Positions 9,470-19,503 of a stretch of DNA of 64,000 bases are shown one piece after another. This DNA is from Saprospirales bacterium (lineage in GTDB: Bacteria; Bacteroidota; Bacteroidia; Chitinophagales; Saprospiraceae): assembly GCA_031398055.1 (NCBI GenBank), contig JANNMS010000263.1, positions 5,488-69,487 of the forward strand. The letters are read 5' to 3'. The notes beneath the pieces are model-generated. The model did no database searches and was not told the origin of the DNA. It saw nothing but the letters and a program-made list of their open reading frames with translations. Positions within the stretch are counted from its first letter, which is position 1; every line of letters starts with the position of its first letter. A program made the position numbers and the translations under genes.

Positions 9470-9560
9470 GTTGAAAAAATTTTGGTGAGAAAAATTTGAG
9501 TTGTAAAGAGTTTCAAACTTACTCGAAAAATTAATCCCACCAAAATTTTCAACAATTCGA

Positions 9561-11090
9561 TTACTCCACAATCAATTTTATCTTCAACCTCGACCCGATT
9601 TTCAAATTTCCGTAGCCGTTCAATTTCAAAATTTCTGCCGTCGGGACTTCGTATTTTTTGGCAATTTCATCCAAGGTTTCGTTCCGCCGGACGGTGTGAT
9701 ATTGAAAATTTTGAACAGTCGGCGGCTTTGGTTTTTGGGTTTCTGCTGGTTTTGCCGTGAAATCCTGTTCCGAGTTTTTGGCAAGAATCGGCACGGAAGT
9801 TTTTGTTTTTTTCTGTGGTTTCGGAGCGGTCGGTCTCGCCTCAGGCGAGAGCGGAGCCGGCGTTTCAATTTTCAAAACTTCGTGTTTTTGAATCACGACT
9901 GGCCGCCACAATTTCAAAGAAGTGCCTGCCGAAACCCAATTGCTTTTCAAATTATTCCAAGATTTTATCTGTTCGCCGTTCGCGCCGATGGCTGCGCCGA
10001 TGCGGTCGATGTGGTCGGCTTGCTCAATTCTGAAATTGGTTGTGGCATATTTTCCATCATTTTCGGTGCCGATGATAAATGTGGAAGCCAAATCGGCTAC
10101 GTAATTCCGCTGGGAACTCAAACCGTTCAAATAATTGACAAAAGCAGTCATCGTGCGCGTCGGAAGAACAATGTAATGGCCTTCCATCGTGGCCGGGATG
10201 TAATCTTTTTTGTAACCGGGATTCAATTTTTTCACGACTTGATATTCCAAACCGGTCGCATCGGCAATCGAATTGAACGACATCCCTTCCCAAGTTTTCA
10301 GGTAAGATGTCAATTGCAAATCCAATTCCGGGTCGGTGGTCATCAAATTGTGCAATTGAAAATAGTTGCACAAATAAGTTGCGGCGATGAATGCAGGGAC
10401 ATAATTGGCCGTTTCTTTTGGCAAATAGCGTTGCAAATGCCAAAAATTGCGGCTGTGCGCCCGTTTTATGGCACTGCTCACCCGACCCGGCCCAGAATTG
10501 TAAGCCGCCAAAGCCAGAGCCCAATCGCCAAATTGCCGGTGCAAATCTTTCAAATATCGCATCGCGGCATCGGTCGAGGCAACTGGGTCATTGCGCTCGT
10601 CCACCTGATTATTTTGGCGAAGGCCATATTGCGAACCAGTTTGGGGCATGAATTGCCAAAGTCCAGCCGCCCCGACCCTCGAAGTTGCCTCCGCATTCAA
10701 AGCCGATTCGACGACGGACAAATATTTCAAATCATTTGGAAGGTTGTGCTCCTTCAATTTTTGCTCAAAAAGTGGAAAGTAAACGAGGCGTTTTCCGAGC
10801 AAAATTTCTGCTTTGTCCCTTTTTCTGTAAAAATAAGTGGACAAATAACTGCGCACGGCAGCCGTGTAATTCAAGGGCAAGCAACTGCTCAAATAGCCCA
10901 ACCGCTCCTTGACTTCGCCATCATAAAATGGCAGGACGCCGAGATTTTGGGTTTCGGGGGTGAAATTTTCGAGGGTGTCCGGTTCGCCCAACAAATCAGA
11001 TTCTCCATTTTGGGCAAAAAAAGCACCCGGAAAAAAAACTAAAATTAGGCAAGTGAAAATCCACCTTGGCATTTTTGTCAATCGCTGCAT
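9561..11090 (-). CDS. Lytic murein transglycosylase (MltD-like) with a C-terminal LysM domain
   Basis: SLT motif VVESALNAEATSRVGAAGLWQFMPQTG. LysM motif YHTVRRNETLDEIAKKYEV...ILKLNG. Confidence 0.85.
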   Translation of the reverse strand: MQRLTKMPRWIFTCLILVFFPGAFFAQNGESDLLGEPDTLENFTPETQNLGVLPFYDGEVKERLGYLSSCLPLNYTAAVRSYLSTYFYRKRDKAEILLGKRLVYFPLFEQKLKEHNLPNDLKYLSVVESALNAEATSRVGAAGLWQFMPQTGSQYGLRQNNQVDERNDPVASTDAAMRYLKDLHRQFGDWALALAAYNSGPGRVSSAIKRAHSRNFWHLQRYLPKETANYVPAFIAATYLCNYFQLHNLMTTDPELDLQLTSYLKTWEGMSFNSIADATGLEYQVVKKLNPGYKKDYIPATMEGHYIVLPTRTMTAFVNYLNGLSSQRNYVADLASTFIIGTENDGKYATTNFRIEQADHIDRIGAAIGANGEQIKSWNNLKSNWVSAGTSLKLWRPVVIQKHEVLKIETPAPLSPEARPTAPKPQKKTKTSVPILAKNSEQDFTAKPAETQKPKPPTVQNFQYHTVRRNETLDEIAKKYEVPTAEILKLNGYGNLKIGSRLKIKLIVE

Positions 11091-11493
11091 CAGTAAAAAT
11101 CTTTATTAAAAATTAAAAAAACAAGCCAATTTGGTAGGAGGTAGATGGGTGATCTTGGCTTTTGAGATGAAAAAACGGCTTTGGAAAAGAATTATTTTCG
11201 ATTAAAAGTAGGGTTCAATGAAGTTTCTTGAAACAAGTATTTCACGGGTGTATTGGCAAAAGTCAGAAAAACTGGTCATCCGAGGTACTTTTTAAATCAA
11301 AAATTTTTGTCAGGTTATTGCTTTTTTTTGAAAGTGGGCATCGTTTTCGAATCTTCAAAGGTTTCGGGAACGTGGGTTTGAGAAGCCGCCAAGATTTGTG
11401 CCAAAGAACTTTTTAACCAAAACGGCAAGGCGGCAAAGCATCGTGAAATGTGGTAAAATATGTTCCGTTTGGTTCGCAGGACAAGCAAAAACG

Positions 11494-12408
11494 TCAAACG
11501 ATGGGCGATAACTTTAACATTTTTGCGGCATTTTCCTTCAAAATCAAAGGTTTCACCTCGTCCTTAAAACCGGCCGTTTCAAAATCTTTCAGCCATCTTT
11601 CGGGCGTAATCAATGGGAAATCGGTGCCGAAAAGCACCCGTTCTTTCAGTTGCGTGTTGGCATATTGCACCAATTGTGGCGGAAAATACTTCGGCGACCA
11701 GCCCGACAGATCAATAAAAACGTTCGGTTTGTGCATCGCCACCGACAGCGCCTCGTCCTGCCACGGCCAACTCGGATGTGCTATAATAATAGGTAAGTCC
11801 GGAAAATCGATGGCCACATCGTCGAGGTGCATCGGGTTGGAATATTCGAGCCGCAATTTCCCGCCGCCCCGAACCCCACTCCCAAAACCAGAATGTCCCG
11901 AATGGAACAGCATCGGCAAACCCGCCGCCGCAATTTCTTCATATAAATGGTAGGCCAACCGACGGTCGTTCGGGTAAAAACCTTGAACCGTCGGGTGAAA
12001 TTTGAAGCCCCGCACCCCAAAATCTTCAATCAATCGCCGAGCCTCGCGCGCGCCCATCCGGCCTTTGTGCGGGTCGATGCTGGCAAACGGAATCATGATA
12101 TCCGCGTTTTTCGCCGCAGTTTCAGCGATTTCTTCATTTGGGATGCGCCGCCGGCCAAGTTCGAATTCGGCATCGATGCAAAACATGACGAACGCAATTT
12201 TCCGCTCGCGGTAATAATCTGCCGTTTCCTGAATCGTCGGGCGGTGCGCAGATTTGAAATATTTGGCGAAGGCCACATCGAATTCCGGGCGGAAATCGTC
12301 GTGCGGTTGGCAGCACGAAACTTCGGCGTGGGTGTGGACATCGATGGCGAGGATGTCGCCGAGGTTTATTCCCATCTTTTTTAGGTCTAATAATTCATCA
12401 TTCATCAT
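11494..12408 (-). CDS. Amidohydrolase-superfamily (amidohydrolase_2) metal hydrolase; candidate beta-ketoacyl-CoA hydrolase of a Cou-like pathway
   Basis: Metal-binding start IDVHTHAE, then ...IIAHPSWPW... Its start overlaps the SDR stop (TAATG). Confidence 0.7.
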   Translation of the reverse strand: MMNDELLDLKKMGINLGDILAIDVHTHAEVSCCQPHDDFRPEFDVAFAKYFKSAHRPTIQETADYYRERKIAFVMFCIDAEFELGRRRIPNEEIAETAAKNADIMIPFASIDPHKGRMGAREARRLIEDFGVRGFKFHPTVQGFYPNDRRLAYHLYEEIAAAGLPMLFHSGHSGFGSGVRGGGKLRLEYSNPMHLDDVAIDFPDLPIIIAHPSWPWQDEALSVAMHKPNVFIDLSGWSPKYFPPQLVQYANTQLKERVLFGTDFPLITPERWLKDFETAGFKDEVKPLILKENAAKMLKLSPIV

Positions 12409-13196
12409 TATTTCGCGGCCATCCGAATTGCGCCGTCCAGCCGAATCGTTTCGCCGTTCAACATTTGGTTTTCGATGATGTGCTTTGCGAGTGCCGCAAA
12501 TTCGCTCGGCTGCCCGAGCCGCGCGGGAAAAGGCACTTGCAGGCCGAGCGAAATTTTGGCTTCGTCGGACAAATTTTTCATCATCGGCGTTTCAAAAATG
12601 CCGGGCGCGATGCACATCACCCGGATCCCAAAACGCGCCAGTTCGCGGGCAATCGGCAAAATCATGGCCACAATCCCACCTTTCGAGGCCGAATATGCCG
12701 CCTGTCCGATTTGCCCTTCGAACGCCGCCGCCGATGCCGTTGCAATCAAAATGCCGCGTTCGCCGCTCGCGCCCGGCTCGTTTTTTTGCAAAATTTCGGC
12801 CACCAAACGGATGACGTTGAAAGTCCCAATCAAATTTATTTGAACGGTTTTTGAAAAATTGGCCAAGGAATGTGGCCCGTTTTTTCCCAAAACCCGTTCG
12901 GCTGGACCGATGCCAGCGCAATTTATCGCACCGTGCAGGCCGCCAAATTTTCGGACCGCCACATCAATTGCCGCCCGGACGCTCGCCTCGTCGGTGATGT
13001 CGGTTTGGACAAATTTTGCGCGGCTGCCGAGCGATTTTTCGGCAATTTTCCCGGCATCGGCGTTGATGTCGGCGAGCAGCGCGAAACCTTCATTTTTGAC
13101 AATTATTTCGGCGGTCGCCAAACCCAAACCCGATGCGGCGCCGGCTACAAAAAAGACCTTGTTTTTGATTTCCATTTTCTTGATTTTTTTTGACAC
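12408..13196 (-). CDS. Short-chain dehydrogenase, 3-hydroxyacyl-CoA dehydrogenase type (HSD17B10-like)
   Basis: Rossmann motif [13 protein letters not shown] and catalytic [11 protein letters not shown]. Confidence 0.85.
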   Translation of the reverse strand: MSKKIKKMEIKNKVFFVAGAASGLGLATAEIIVKNEGFALLADINADAGKIAEKSLGSRAKFVQTDITDEASVRAAIDVAVRKFGGLHGAINCAGIGPAERVLGKNGPHSLANFSKTVQINLIGTFNVIRLVAEILQKNEPGASGERGILIATASAAAFEGQIGQAAYSASKGGIVAMILPIARELARFGIRVMCIAPGIFETPMMKNLSDEAKISLGLQVPFPARLGQPSEFAALAKHIIENQMLNGETIRLDGAIRMAAK

Positions 13197-13292
13197 ATAG
13201 GAACATAGGAGTTTTCACCTAGAGACACATAGGTTTTAGGTGTTTTTAAAAATCTATGTGTCTCTATGTGAAAACGCCTATGTTCCTATGTG
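13194..13292. repeat. 'Word' hairpin with 39-bp arms (CATAGGAACA words), intercistronic
   Basis: Arms 13194-13232 / 13254-13292 have 2 mismatches. The left arm contains the SDR start codon. The right arm contains the last codons and stop of the CoA ligase. Confidence 0.9.
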
Positions 13293-15131
13293 TTTAATCT
13301 CCAAAACCTGCGGCAAAAGTGCTATTTCATAAATCATCGCCACCCACTCCGCCCGGTTCGCCAAAATCGCCCGCTGATTGATGGAGCCTTTGTCCGTGAT
13401 TTCGCCGCGTTCCATCGAAAGTTGAAAATCGGCAAAAACCGCCCGGCGAACCAGCGTCGAACTGCCCGTGTTTTTTTTCGAAAAACCGTCCAGCACGTTT
13501 TTCAAAGCAGCCAAAACTGCGGGCGAATTGACGATTTTTTTCAAATCAAACTCGTTTTCCAGCCCGGCCAATTTTTTGCAAAAATTCAACTCTGGAAAAA
13601 CGATTGCCCCCAAAAATGCGCGGTCGTGTCCTGTTATCACTGCATCCTGAATCAAACCGTTGCCCGCTGCGATGAGTTTTGATTTTAAAATTCCGACGTT
13701 TACCCACGTTCCCGTGTCCAATTTAAAATCTTCGGCGATGCGCCCGTCGAAAACCATTCCTGCGTTCGGGTTTTCAAAATCAACAAATTTCAGGGCATCG
13801 CCCGTGCAGAAAAAACCTTCCTCGTCGAATGCTTTTTGGGTGGCTTCCGGGTTTTTCCAGTAGCCCGGCGTGATGTTTTCGCCGCGAAAACGGGCTTCCA
13901 ATTTGCCACCGTCCGGCACCAATTTCACTTCCAAACCGGGCACTGGCACGCCAATCATCCCCGCAAAACTTCCAAAATGAACATTAAAAAGGCAGGACGG
14001 ACTCGCCTCGGTCATGCCCAAACCGGTGCCGATCAACAGCCGTTTGCCGGTCGTTTCGTGCGCCAATTTTTCCAAATCGTCCCAAACGTGCTGCGGCATG
14101 CCCGCCCCGGCGTAAAAAAACATTTTTAAATTACTGAAAAAATGCTTCCGCAAATCGTCGTCTTTTCTGAGTTGCGGAATCAAATCCTCAAAACCTTTTG
14201 GCACGTTGAAATAAACGGTCGGTGCGATTTCGCGGAGGTTTTCGAGCGTCGTTTCGATGCCTTTCGGGGTCGGGTTTCCGCCGTCGATGAACAACGAACC
14301 GCCGTTGAAAACCGTCAAACCGAAGTTGTGGTTGCCGCCAAAAGTATGGTTCCACGGCAGCCAATCGACCAGCGTCAGGCCGCCGTTTTTGAAAAAAGGA
14401 AAAGTTTGGGTGATTTGCTGCCAGTTCGCCGTGATGTTTCCGTGCGTATTTATCACGCCTTTTGGCAGGCCGGTCGAACCGGAAGTGAACAGGATTTTGG
14501 CGACCGTCGTCGGTTGGATTTTTTGAAATGCCTTTTCGACGGCGCGGGTCGGTTTTGTTTTTAAAATTTCTTCAAATAAAATCTGCCCCGGCAGCGCATT
14601 TTCCACCGCAACCACTTGAATCTCCCGCGCAACGGCTCGAATTGCGTTTTCAAATGCCTGGCCATTTTGGACAAAAATCAGCCCCGGCGAAAGCATTTCG
14701 ATGACGTGCCGAAGTTTTTCAAAATCGGTTGACCGCAAAGAATACGCTGGGGCAATCGGCGAAAACGGCAAACCAACGTGCAAAGCGGCAAGCGAAATCA
14801 AACCGTGCTCGACGCTGTTTTCGGACAAAATGACGAGGGGTTTTTCAGGCGAAACTTGACTTTCGAGCAAGAATTGGGCGAGGTTTTTTACTGCGTCAAA
14901 AGTTTCCGAGTAGGTCAAATTTTGCCAGAAGCCGTTTTTTTTCTGGCCGATAAAAACCCGGTCGGGCGTTTTTTTTGCAAAATGCACGAGCCGCGCCGTC
15001 ATCCGGTGCGGGCGTTTTTTGAGTTCGACGGCAGATTTTAAAATGACAATCCCATCGTCGATGACCTTTTTTTCGAGGTCAATTTTGATGGTTGGGATTT
15101 TTAGAAAAGGTGTTTTTTTTAAATCCATCAT
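13278..15131 (-). CDS. AMP-dependent acyl-CoA synthetase, feruloyl/hydroxycinnamoyl-CoA synthase-like
   Basis: AMP-binding motif LFTSGSTGLPKGV. About 617 aa, a length typical of feruloyl-CoA synthase-type ligases. Confidence 0.8.
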   Translation of the reverse strand: MMDLKKTPFLKIPTIKIDLEKKVIDDGIVILKSAVELKKRPHRMTARLVHFAKKTPDRVFIGQKKNGFWQNLTYSETFDAVKNLAQFLLESQVSPEKPLVILSENSVEHGLISLAALHVGLPFSPIAPAYSLRSTDFEKLRHVIEMLSPGLIFVQNGQAFENAIRAVAREIQVVAVENALPGQILFEEILKTKPTRAVEKAFQKIQPTTVAKILFTSGSTGLPKGVINTHGNITANWQQITQTFPFFKNGGLTLVDWLPWNHTFGGNHNFGLTVFNGGSLFIDGGNPTPKGIETTLENLREIAPTVYFNVPKGFEDLIPQLRKDDDLRKHFFSNLKMFFYAGAGMPQHVWDDLEKLAHETTGKRLLIGTGLGMTEASPSCLFNVHFGSFAGMIGVPVPGLEVKLVPDGGKLEARFRGENITPGYWKNPEATQKAFDEEGFFCTGDALKFVDFENPNAGMVFDGRIAEDFKLDTGTWVNVGILKSKLIAAGNGLIQDAVITGHDRAFLGAIVFPELNFCKKLAGLENEFDLKKIVNSPAVLAALKNVLDGFSKKNTGSSTLVRRAVFADFQLSMERGEITDKGSINQRAILANRAEWVAMIYEIALLPQVLEIKHIGT

Positions 15132-15904
15132 TCGCCTACTTTTTTAGATTTTCCTTCCAAAAAATCACGCAGCCGCTGTTTGGCCTCCGGCGCATTTTGG
15201 GCAATCGCGGCGGTGAGCGATTCGAGCATCAAACCAACATCTTGGCCTGCATCCACGATTTTTGGCAGGACGTGCATCAAGGCAAAATTGGTCATCCCGG
15301 CGTTTCCGCTGATTTTTTTTGCCAGTTCCATTGCCTTTTCAAAACCCGCGCCGTCGGCTGTCAAATATTGGGAAAGGCCAATTTCAACGCCTTCCGCTGC
15401 CGAAAAAACGCGCCCGGTCAACATCATATCCGTCATCCGGGCCAATCCAATCAGTTTTGGGACGCGAACCGATGCCCCACCGCCCACAAAAATCCCGCGC
15501 TGACCTTCGGGCAAAGCATAAAAAGTAGAATTTTCAGCCACCCGAATGTGGCAGGCCGCCGCCAGTTCCAGCCCGCCGCCGACGCAGGCACCATGCAAAA
15601 CTGCGACGACCGGCACGGCTCCAAATTGAATTTTTTCCAAACACCGGTGCCACATCCTTGAATGAAAAACGCCCGCGACGGCATCGCGTTCGGTGAGTTC
15701 CGAGAGGTCGAGGCCCGCGCTGAAATGTTTTCCTTCGCCAAAAATGATGGCGCATTTCACGCCGTCGGGGATGTTGGAAAACACGTTTTCGAGGGCCAAA
15801 ATGGTCCCGTCGTTGATGGCGTTTCGTTTTTCGGGGCGGTCGAGCGAGACGACGAGGATGTTTTCGCGGATTTCCGTTTTGAGGGTTTTGGATAAATTTT
15901 CCAT
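15128..15904 (-). CDS. Enoyl-CoA hydratase/isomerase (crotonase) family
   Basis: Crotonase motifs FSAGLDL and ...AVLHGACVGGGLELAAACHIR. ATGA overlap with the ligase. Confidence 0.9.
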   Translation of the reverse strand: MENLSKTLKTEIRENILVVSLDRPEKRNAINDGTILALENVFSNIPDGVKCAIIFGEGKHFSAGLDLSELTERDAVAGVFHSRMWHRCLEKIQFGAVPVVAVLHGACVGGGLELAAACHIRVAENSTFYALPEGQRGIFVGGGASVRVPKLIGLARMTDMMLTGRVFSAAEGVEIGLSQYLTADGAGFEKAMELAKKISGNAGMTNFALMHVLPKIVDAGQDVGLMLESLTAAIAQNAPEAKQRLRDFLEGKSKKVGE

Positions 15905-15913
15905 AAAAAAGTT

Positions 15914-17239
15914 TCAGTTTTGGGATGCAAATTTCTGGTTTTCAATCACTGCCCGGTACGGTTTCAAAACCAAAAAACTAAACAAAGTAATCAACAATCC
16001 ACCGACCAAAAACAGCACGACCAACGAATATCGAATCGCGTTTTCATCTTTAAAAACAAAATCGGTGAGCAGCGCGACCGACGTGGGGCCAAAACCGAGG
16101 CCAATCAAGTTTAAAATAAAAAGCAAAATCGCGGATGCCAAGGCCCGAACTTGGTTCGGCATGATTTCCTGCACCGCCGCGACCGCCGCGCCAAAAGGCA
16201 TCGCCAGCGCAAAACCGGGGACAAAAACCGCCAGCAACGCCCATTCTGCTTTTGGCAAAAGTGGCAATCCGCAGGCCAAAACACAGAGGATTCCGGCCAG
16301 CAAACTGACCCGCAACCGCCCGTCGGTGATGCCTTTTTTGACCAATCTGTCGGCCAGCCAGCCGCCAAAAAGCACCCCCGAAATCGAGGCAACGACCAGC
16401 ACCGAGCCGTAAAAAAAACCTGCCCGGGGCACTTCCCAACCATAAGTCCGGGCGACAAAAGTGGGGATCCATGCGTTGCAACCGTAATTTATCAAGGCTT
16501 GAAAAGCGGTGGCGAAGCAAATCAATAGGTAGGCTTTTCGGTGCTGGAAAATGATGCGGAAGGATTCGGCGAGCGACAATTTGGCGGTCGCGCCGTCCTT
16601 TTTCATCGTGTTGGTGCGGGCGGGTTCTTTGATTGTGAAAAGCAAAAGCGCGATGACCAGCCCCGGCAGACCGACGTAAAAAAATATCAACTGCCACGGA
16701 AAAATTTCTCCAAAAACAGGCACGCTGACCATGCCTTCCGTCGGCAATTTTGCCACGATGCCCGAACCGATCAGCATCGCCACGCCGCTGCCCAGAAAAA
16801 TGCCGAGGGTAAAAATGGACATCGCGGTGGCCAATTTTTTCTTTGGAAAAAGGTCGGCAATCATCGAATAAGCCGACGGAGAAAGGGTGCTTTCTCCAAC
16901 GCCGACACCCATTCTGGCCAGAAAAAACTGCCAATAATTGGCCACGCCCGCGCAAATTGTGGTCATCAAAGACCAAATCGAAATGCCAACGATGATGATG
17001 TTGCGCCTGTTTTTTCGGTCGGCCAAACGCCCGATGATGACCCCAAAAAGGGTGTAAAAAAGGGCAAAACTCAAACCCATCAGCAAGGACATTTCGGTAT
17101 CGGAGAGGTGCAAATCGCGTTTTATTGGCTTGACGAGCAGGCTCAAAATCTGCCGGTCGAGGAACGACGAGATGTTGGCCAGCGTCAAAAGGGCGACGAT
17201 GTACCAGGAGTAGCGGGTTGATGATTCGTTTTGTGGCAT
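15914..17239 (-). CDS. MFS transporter
   Basis: 12-TM-like hydrophobic profile and the MFS loop GRLADRKNRRN. Confidence 0.85.
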   Translation of the reverse strand: MPQNESSTRYSWYIVALLTLANISSFLDRQILSLLVKPIKRDLHLSDTEMSLLMGLSFALFYTLFGVIIGRLADRKNRRNIIIVGISIWSLMTTICAGVANYWQFFLARMGVGVGESTLSPSAYSMIADLFPKKKLATAMSIFTLGIFLGSGVAMLIGSGIVAKLPTEGMVSVPVFGEIFPWQLIFFYVGLPGLVIALLLFTIKEPARTNTMKKDGATAKLSLAESFRIIFQHRKAYLLICFATAFQALINYGCNAWIPTFVARTYGWEVPRAGFFYGSVLVVASISGVLFGGWLADRLVKKGITDGRLRVSLLAGILCVLACGLPLLPKAEWALLAVFVPGFALAMPFGAAVAAVQEIMPNQVRALASAILLFILNLIGLGFGPTSVALLTDFVFKDENAIRYSLVVLFLVGGLLITLFSFLVLKPYRAVIENQKFASQN

Positions 17240-17270
17240 TGGATAAATTTACTTTTTAACAAAATTTCAA

Positions 17271-17816
17271 TTATAAAACCTTAAAAAACCGCAGCAAAAC
17301 ATGGTCTTTCATCCGCGCTCCGGTACAAATGACAACCGTTTTCGTGAGCCACGAATATTTGCCATCGGCAACTTCAAAAGTGGCAGCCGTCCGCATGTAA
17401 TATTCCGAGGGGTCAACCGCTTCGCCGCGTGCCAACCGCGCCAAAACTTCGGGCGGGGCATGGCGGATTCCCCGGTTTTGGATGTAAATCAGTGCGCCGT
17501 CGTCCGTTTTTAAAGTATATCTCGCTTCCAAATCGGCAGTGCCGTCGGCGCGGACGGTTTGCCAATCTGCACCGCCGGGCAGCACCGTCCCGTTCAAATT
17601 TGGCCCAGAAAAGGTGCCTCCTGTGATTGGGATGATTCGGCGTTTTCCGTAATTCGTTTGGCCGAGTTCCTGCGGCGGGTCGAGGGTGACTTTGGCTTCG
17701 AAAATGAATTCGAGGCTGGGCTGCGGCAGCGTGGTTTGGGTTTTGCAAGATTGAATATTTATAAATAAGAAACTGAGCAGGAGTATTTTGTTGAAATTTT
17801 TCATTGAAACAAACAT
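17271..17816 (-). CDS. DUF3237-family beta-barrel protein with a lipoprotein-type signal
   Basis: ITGGTFSGPNLNGTVLPGGADWQTVRADGTADLEARYTLKTDDGALIYI matches my memory of DUF3237/UPF0311. Confidence 0.65.
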   Translation of the reverse strand: MFVSMKNFNKILLLSFLFINIQSCKTQTTLPQPSLEFIFEAKVTLDPPQELGQTNYGKRRIIPITGGTFSGPNLNGTVLPGGADWQTVRADGTADLEARYTLKTDDGALIYIQNRGIRHAPPEVLARLARGEAVDPSEYYMRTAATFEVADGKYSWLTKTVVICTGARMKDHVLLRFFKVL

Positions 17817-17842
17817 TTTTTAAAAGTGGCAACCCAATATTT

Positions 17843-18421
17843 TCAACCAATGCAATGGCCAAAAATTGCGGCGGCAAAGTACACCAAGGAAAATTTTTGA
17901 GAAAAAGTAAATCCAGCAGGTGAATTTCCGGGGGTGCCGCCGAGACCGAGCGCGGTCCATGCCTGAAAATCCGTCCAATCTTCGGGCGAAAGTTGCGATT
18001 GGATGTCGGAAATGGCGGTCTGTTTTTGGCTGCCGAGTTTTTCGATGCCGAGTTCGACGACGTCGCCGGGACGGAGAAAAACGGGCGGTTTTTGCCCCAA
18101 ACCAACGCCCGACGGCGTGCCCGTGCAAATCACGTCGCCGCGCAGCAAAGTCATGAAACGGCTGACGAAACTGACCAAAAATGGGATTTTAAAAACCATG
18201 TCGTTGGTGTTCGAATCTTGCATTTTTTTGCCGTTCACGGTGAGCCAAAGGTTCAAATTTTGGGCATCGCCGACCGCCGCCGGGGTGACAAGCCAAGGGC
18301 CGAGCGGGCATTGGGAACGGCCAACTTTTGTGCCAAAGCCATTTTGGCAAGAGCCGCCTGGGCATTTTTCGATGGCACGGGCGCAGGAAATCTTAGTAAA
18401 TGTATATTTGTTTGATAAAAA
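17843..18421 (-). pseudogene. Fumarylacetoacetate hydrolase (FAH)-family gene remnant. The N-terminal third or so is missing and the C-terminus carries an atypical ~50-aa extension.
   Basis: FAH C-terminal motifs ...CPLGPWLVT..., LWLTVNGKKMQ and GDVICTGTPSGVG...FLRPGDVV. The frame is closed by TAA at 18422-18424 with no upstream Met and no N-terminal domain. Confidence 0.6.
17890..17934. repeat. Copy A of a ~45-bp direct repeat (AAAAGTAAAYCCAGCAGGTGAATTTCCGKGGG core)
   Basis: About 90% identical by eye to 21243-21287, in the same orientation. Confidence 0.85.
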
Positions 18422-18439
18422 TTACGCAGCGGCCAATTG

Positions 18440-19432
18440 CTATCCTTCTATTTTATCTGCCCAAAAAATGTAGCGATGATCTAAATGTTCAAAAAAGGAG
18501 TTTGCATTTTTTGAAAAACCGACCAATTGAGCGAGGTGAGGCAGCATCATTTTGACGCGTAGCAAATGTGTATCTACGATTTGTGCGTCTGTGAATCTGT
18601 TAAAATCGGGATATCCATTTTCAACATATCCAAACGAAAATCTATTGGTTTTGCCAAGCAATAAATTATTGCCACCGAACGTCCGATTTTCAAAAACGTT
18701 GAGCATTGCACCACTGTCGTGGGTGTTTTTTTTCTGGCTGCGTGCCATGGTTTTCATGGTTTCTATGACGGATTGAATGGCTTCCACGAGTTGATGGATG
18801 ACTGTCTTGTCATTGATATTGGTAGTCTCCACGCAATTTTGAATCTGCGCCATGGTTTTGTCAAACATGGTGCATGACCAGATTTCGGTGCTCGGAATTT
18901 GTTCAAAACAATGCCTGATTTCGCGGGAAGCATCTAAAATTTCTTGAATGGCGGGTTGTGTTATCCAGTTTTCGTCAAAATTGGGTGGCATCAAATTATT
19001 ATAGATTGAGAGTGCCCTAATCCAATAATACAATTTAAAAGCGGCCAACAAGCGGCTATGTTTTAACCAAAAAATGGGTGTGTCGTCGGTTTTGTGCCAA
19101 AGATGGCCATTGCCGAGTTCCAATAATTTGTGGAGGTCGTGGTGCAAGGATTGGACATATTCTTTGGGTGAATTTTCGAGGGAAGTGGGCGAATCGAACA
19201 CGAATTGATGTTTGATTTCGGGCAGGATTTCGGCCAAAGGGAATTTGAATTCCTTAGAAAGTGCCAATCCCTCGTCAAAAGTTAGCGGCGTTTTGCCGCT
19301 GCGGCGGTCGTAGGCTGCCGTTCTGGAAAGTTGAAAAAAAGAGGAAAGTGCGTCCAATTCGGCTTTTTTACTTTTGAATTGGGCGCTGACGTGTTCAAAA
19401 AGTTTTTGTTGGAATGGAAAATCTGTACCCAT
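18440..19432 (-). CDS. Hypothetical protein, with a possible N-terminal HTH-like segment
   Basis: 330-aa ORF of ordinary composition. The N-terminus ...LSRTAAYDRRSGKTPLTFDEGLALSKEF is HTH-like. No recognised catalytic motif. Confidence 0.5.
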   Translation of the reverse strand: MGTDFPFQQKLFEHVSAQFKSKKAELDALSSFFQLSRTAAYDRRSGKTPLTFDEGLALSKEFKFPLAEILPEIKHQFVFDSPTSLENSPKEYVQSLHHDLHKLLELGNGHLWHKTDDTPIFWLKHSRLLAAFKLYYWIRALSIYNNLMPPNFDENWITQPAIQEILDASREIRHCFEQIPSTEIWSCTMFDKTMAQIQNCVETTNINDKTVIHQLVEAIQSVIETMKTMARSQKKNTHDSGAMLNVFENRTFGGNNLLLGKTNRFSFGYVENGYPDFNRFTDAQIVDTHLLRVKMMLPHLAQLVGFSKNANSFFEHLDHRYIFWADKIEG

Positions 19433-19503
19433 GGCAGGTTAGGTTTTGGGTTGCAAAGAGTTTTGTTGGAAATATCTCCCGCAAACACGGACGGGTAAAA
19501 ATG

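Noticed and set aside
9696-11042. 448-aa ORF on the + strand
   Set aside because: It is fully antisense to the well-supported MltD-like gene. Its translation is Arg/Phe/Gln-rich low complexity with no motifs, typical of a shadow ORF opposite a real gene.
15693-16976. ORFs of 239-308 aa overlapping the MFS and hydratase genes (15693..16412 +, 16050..16976 -)
   Set aside because: They are alternative-frame or antisense ORFs inside genes with clear family motifs. Their composition is Arg/Pro/Gly-rich.
17413-18128. ORFs of 230 and 102 aa on the - strand spanning the DUF3237 / FAH junction
   Set aside because: They are out of frame with both recognisable genes. They are Arg/Pro-rich with no motifs.
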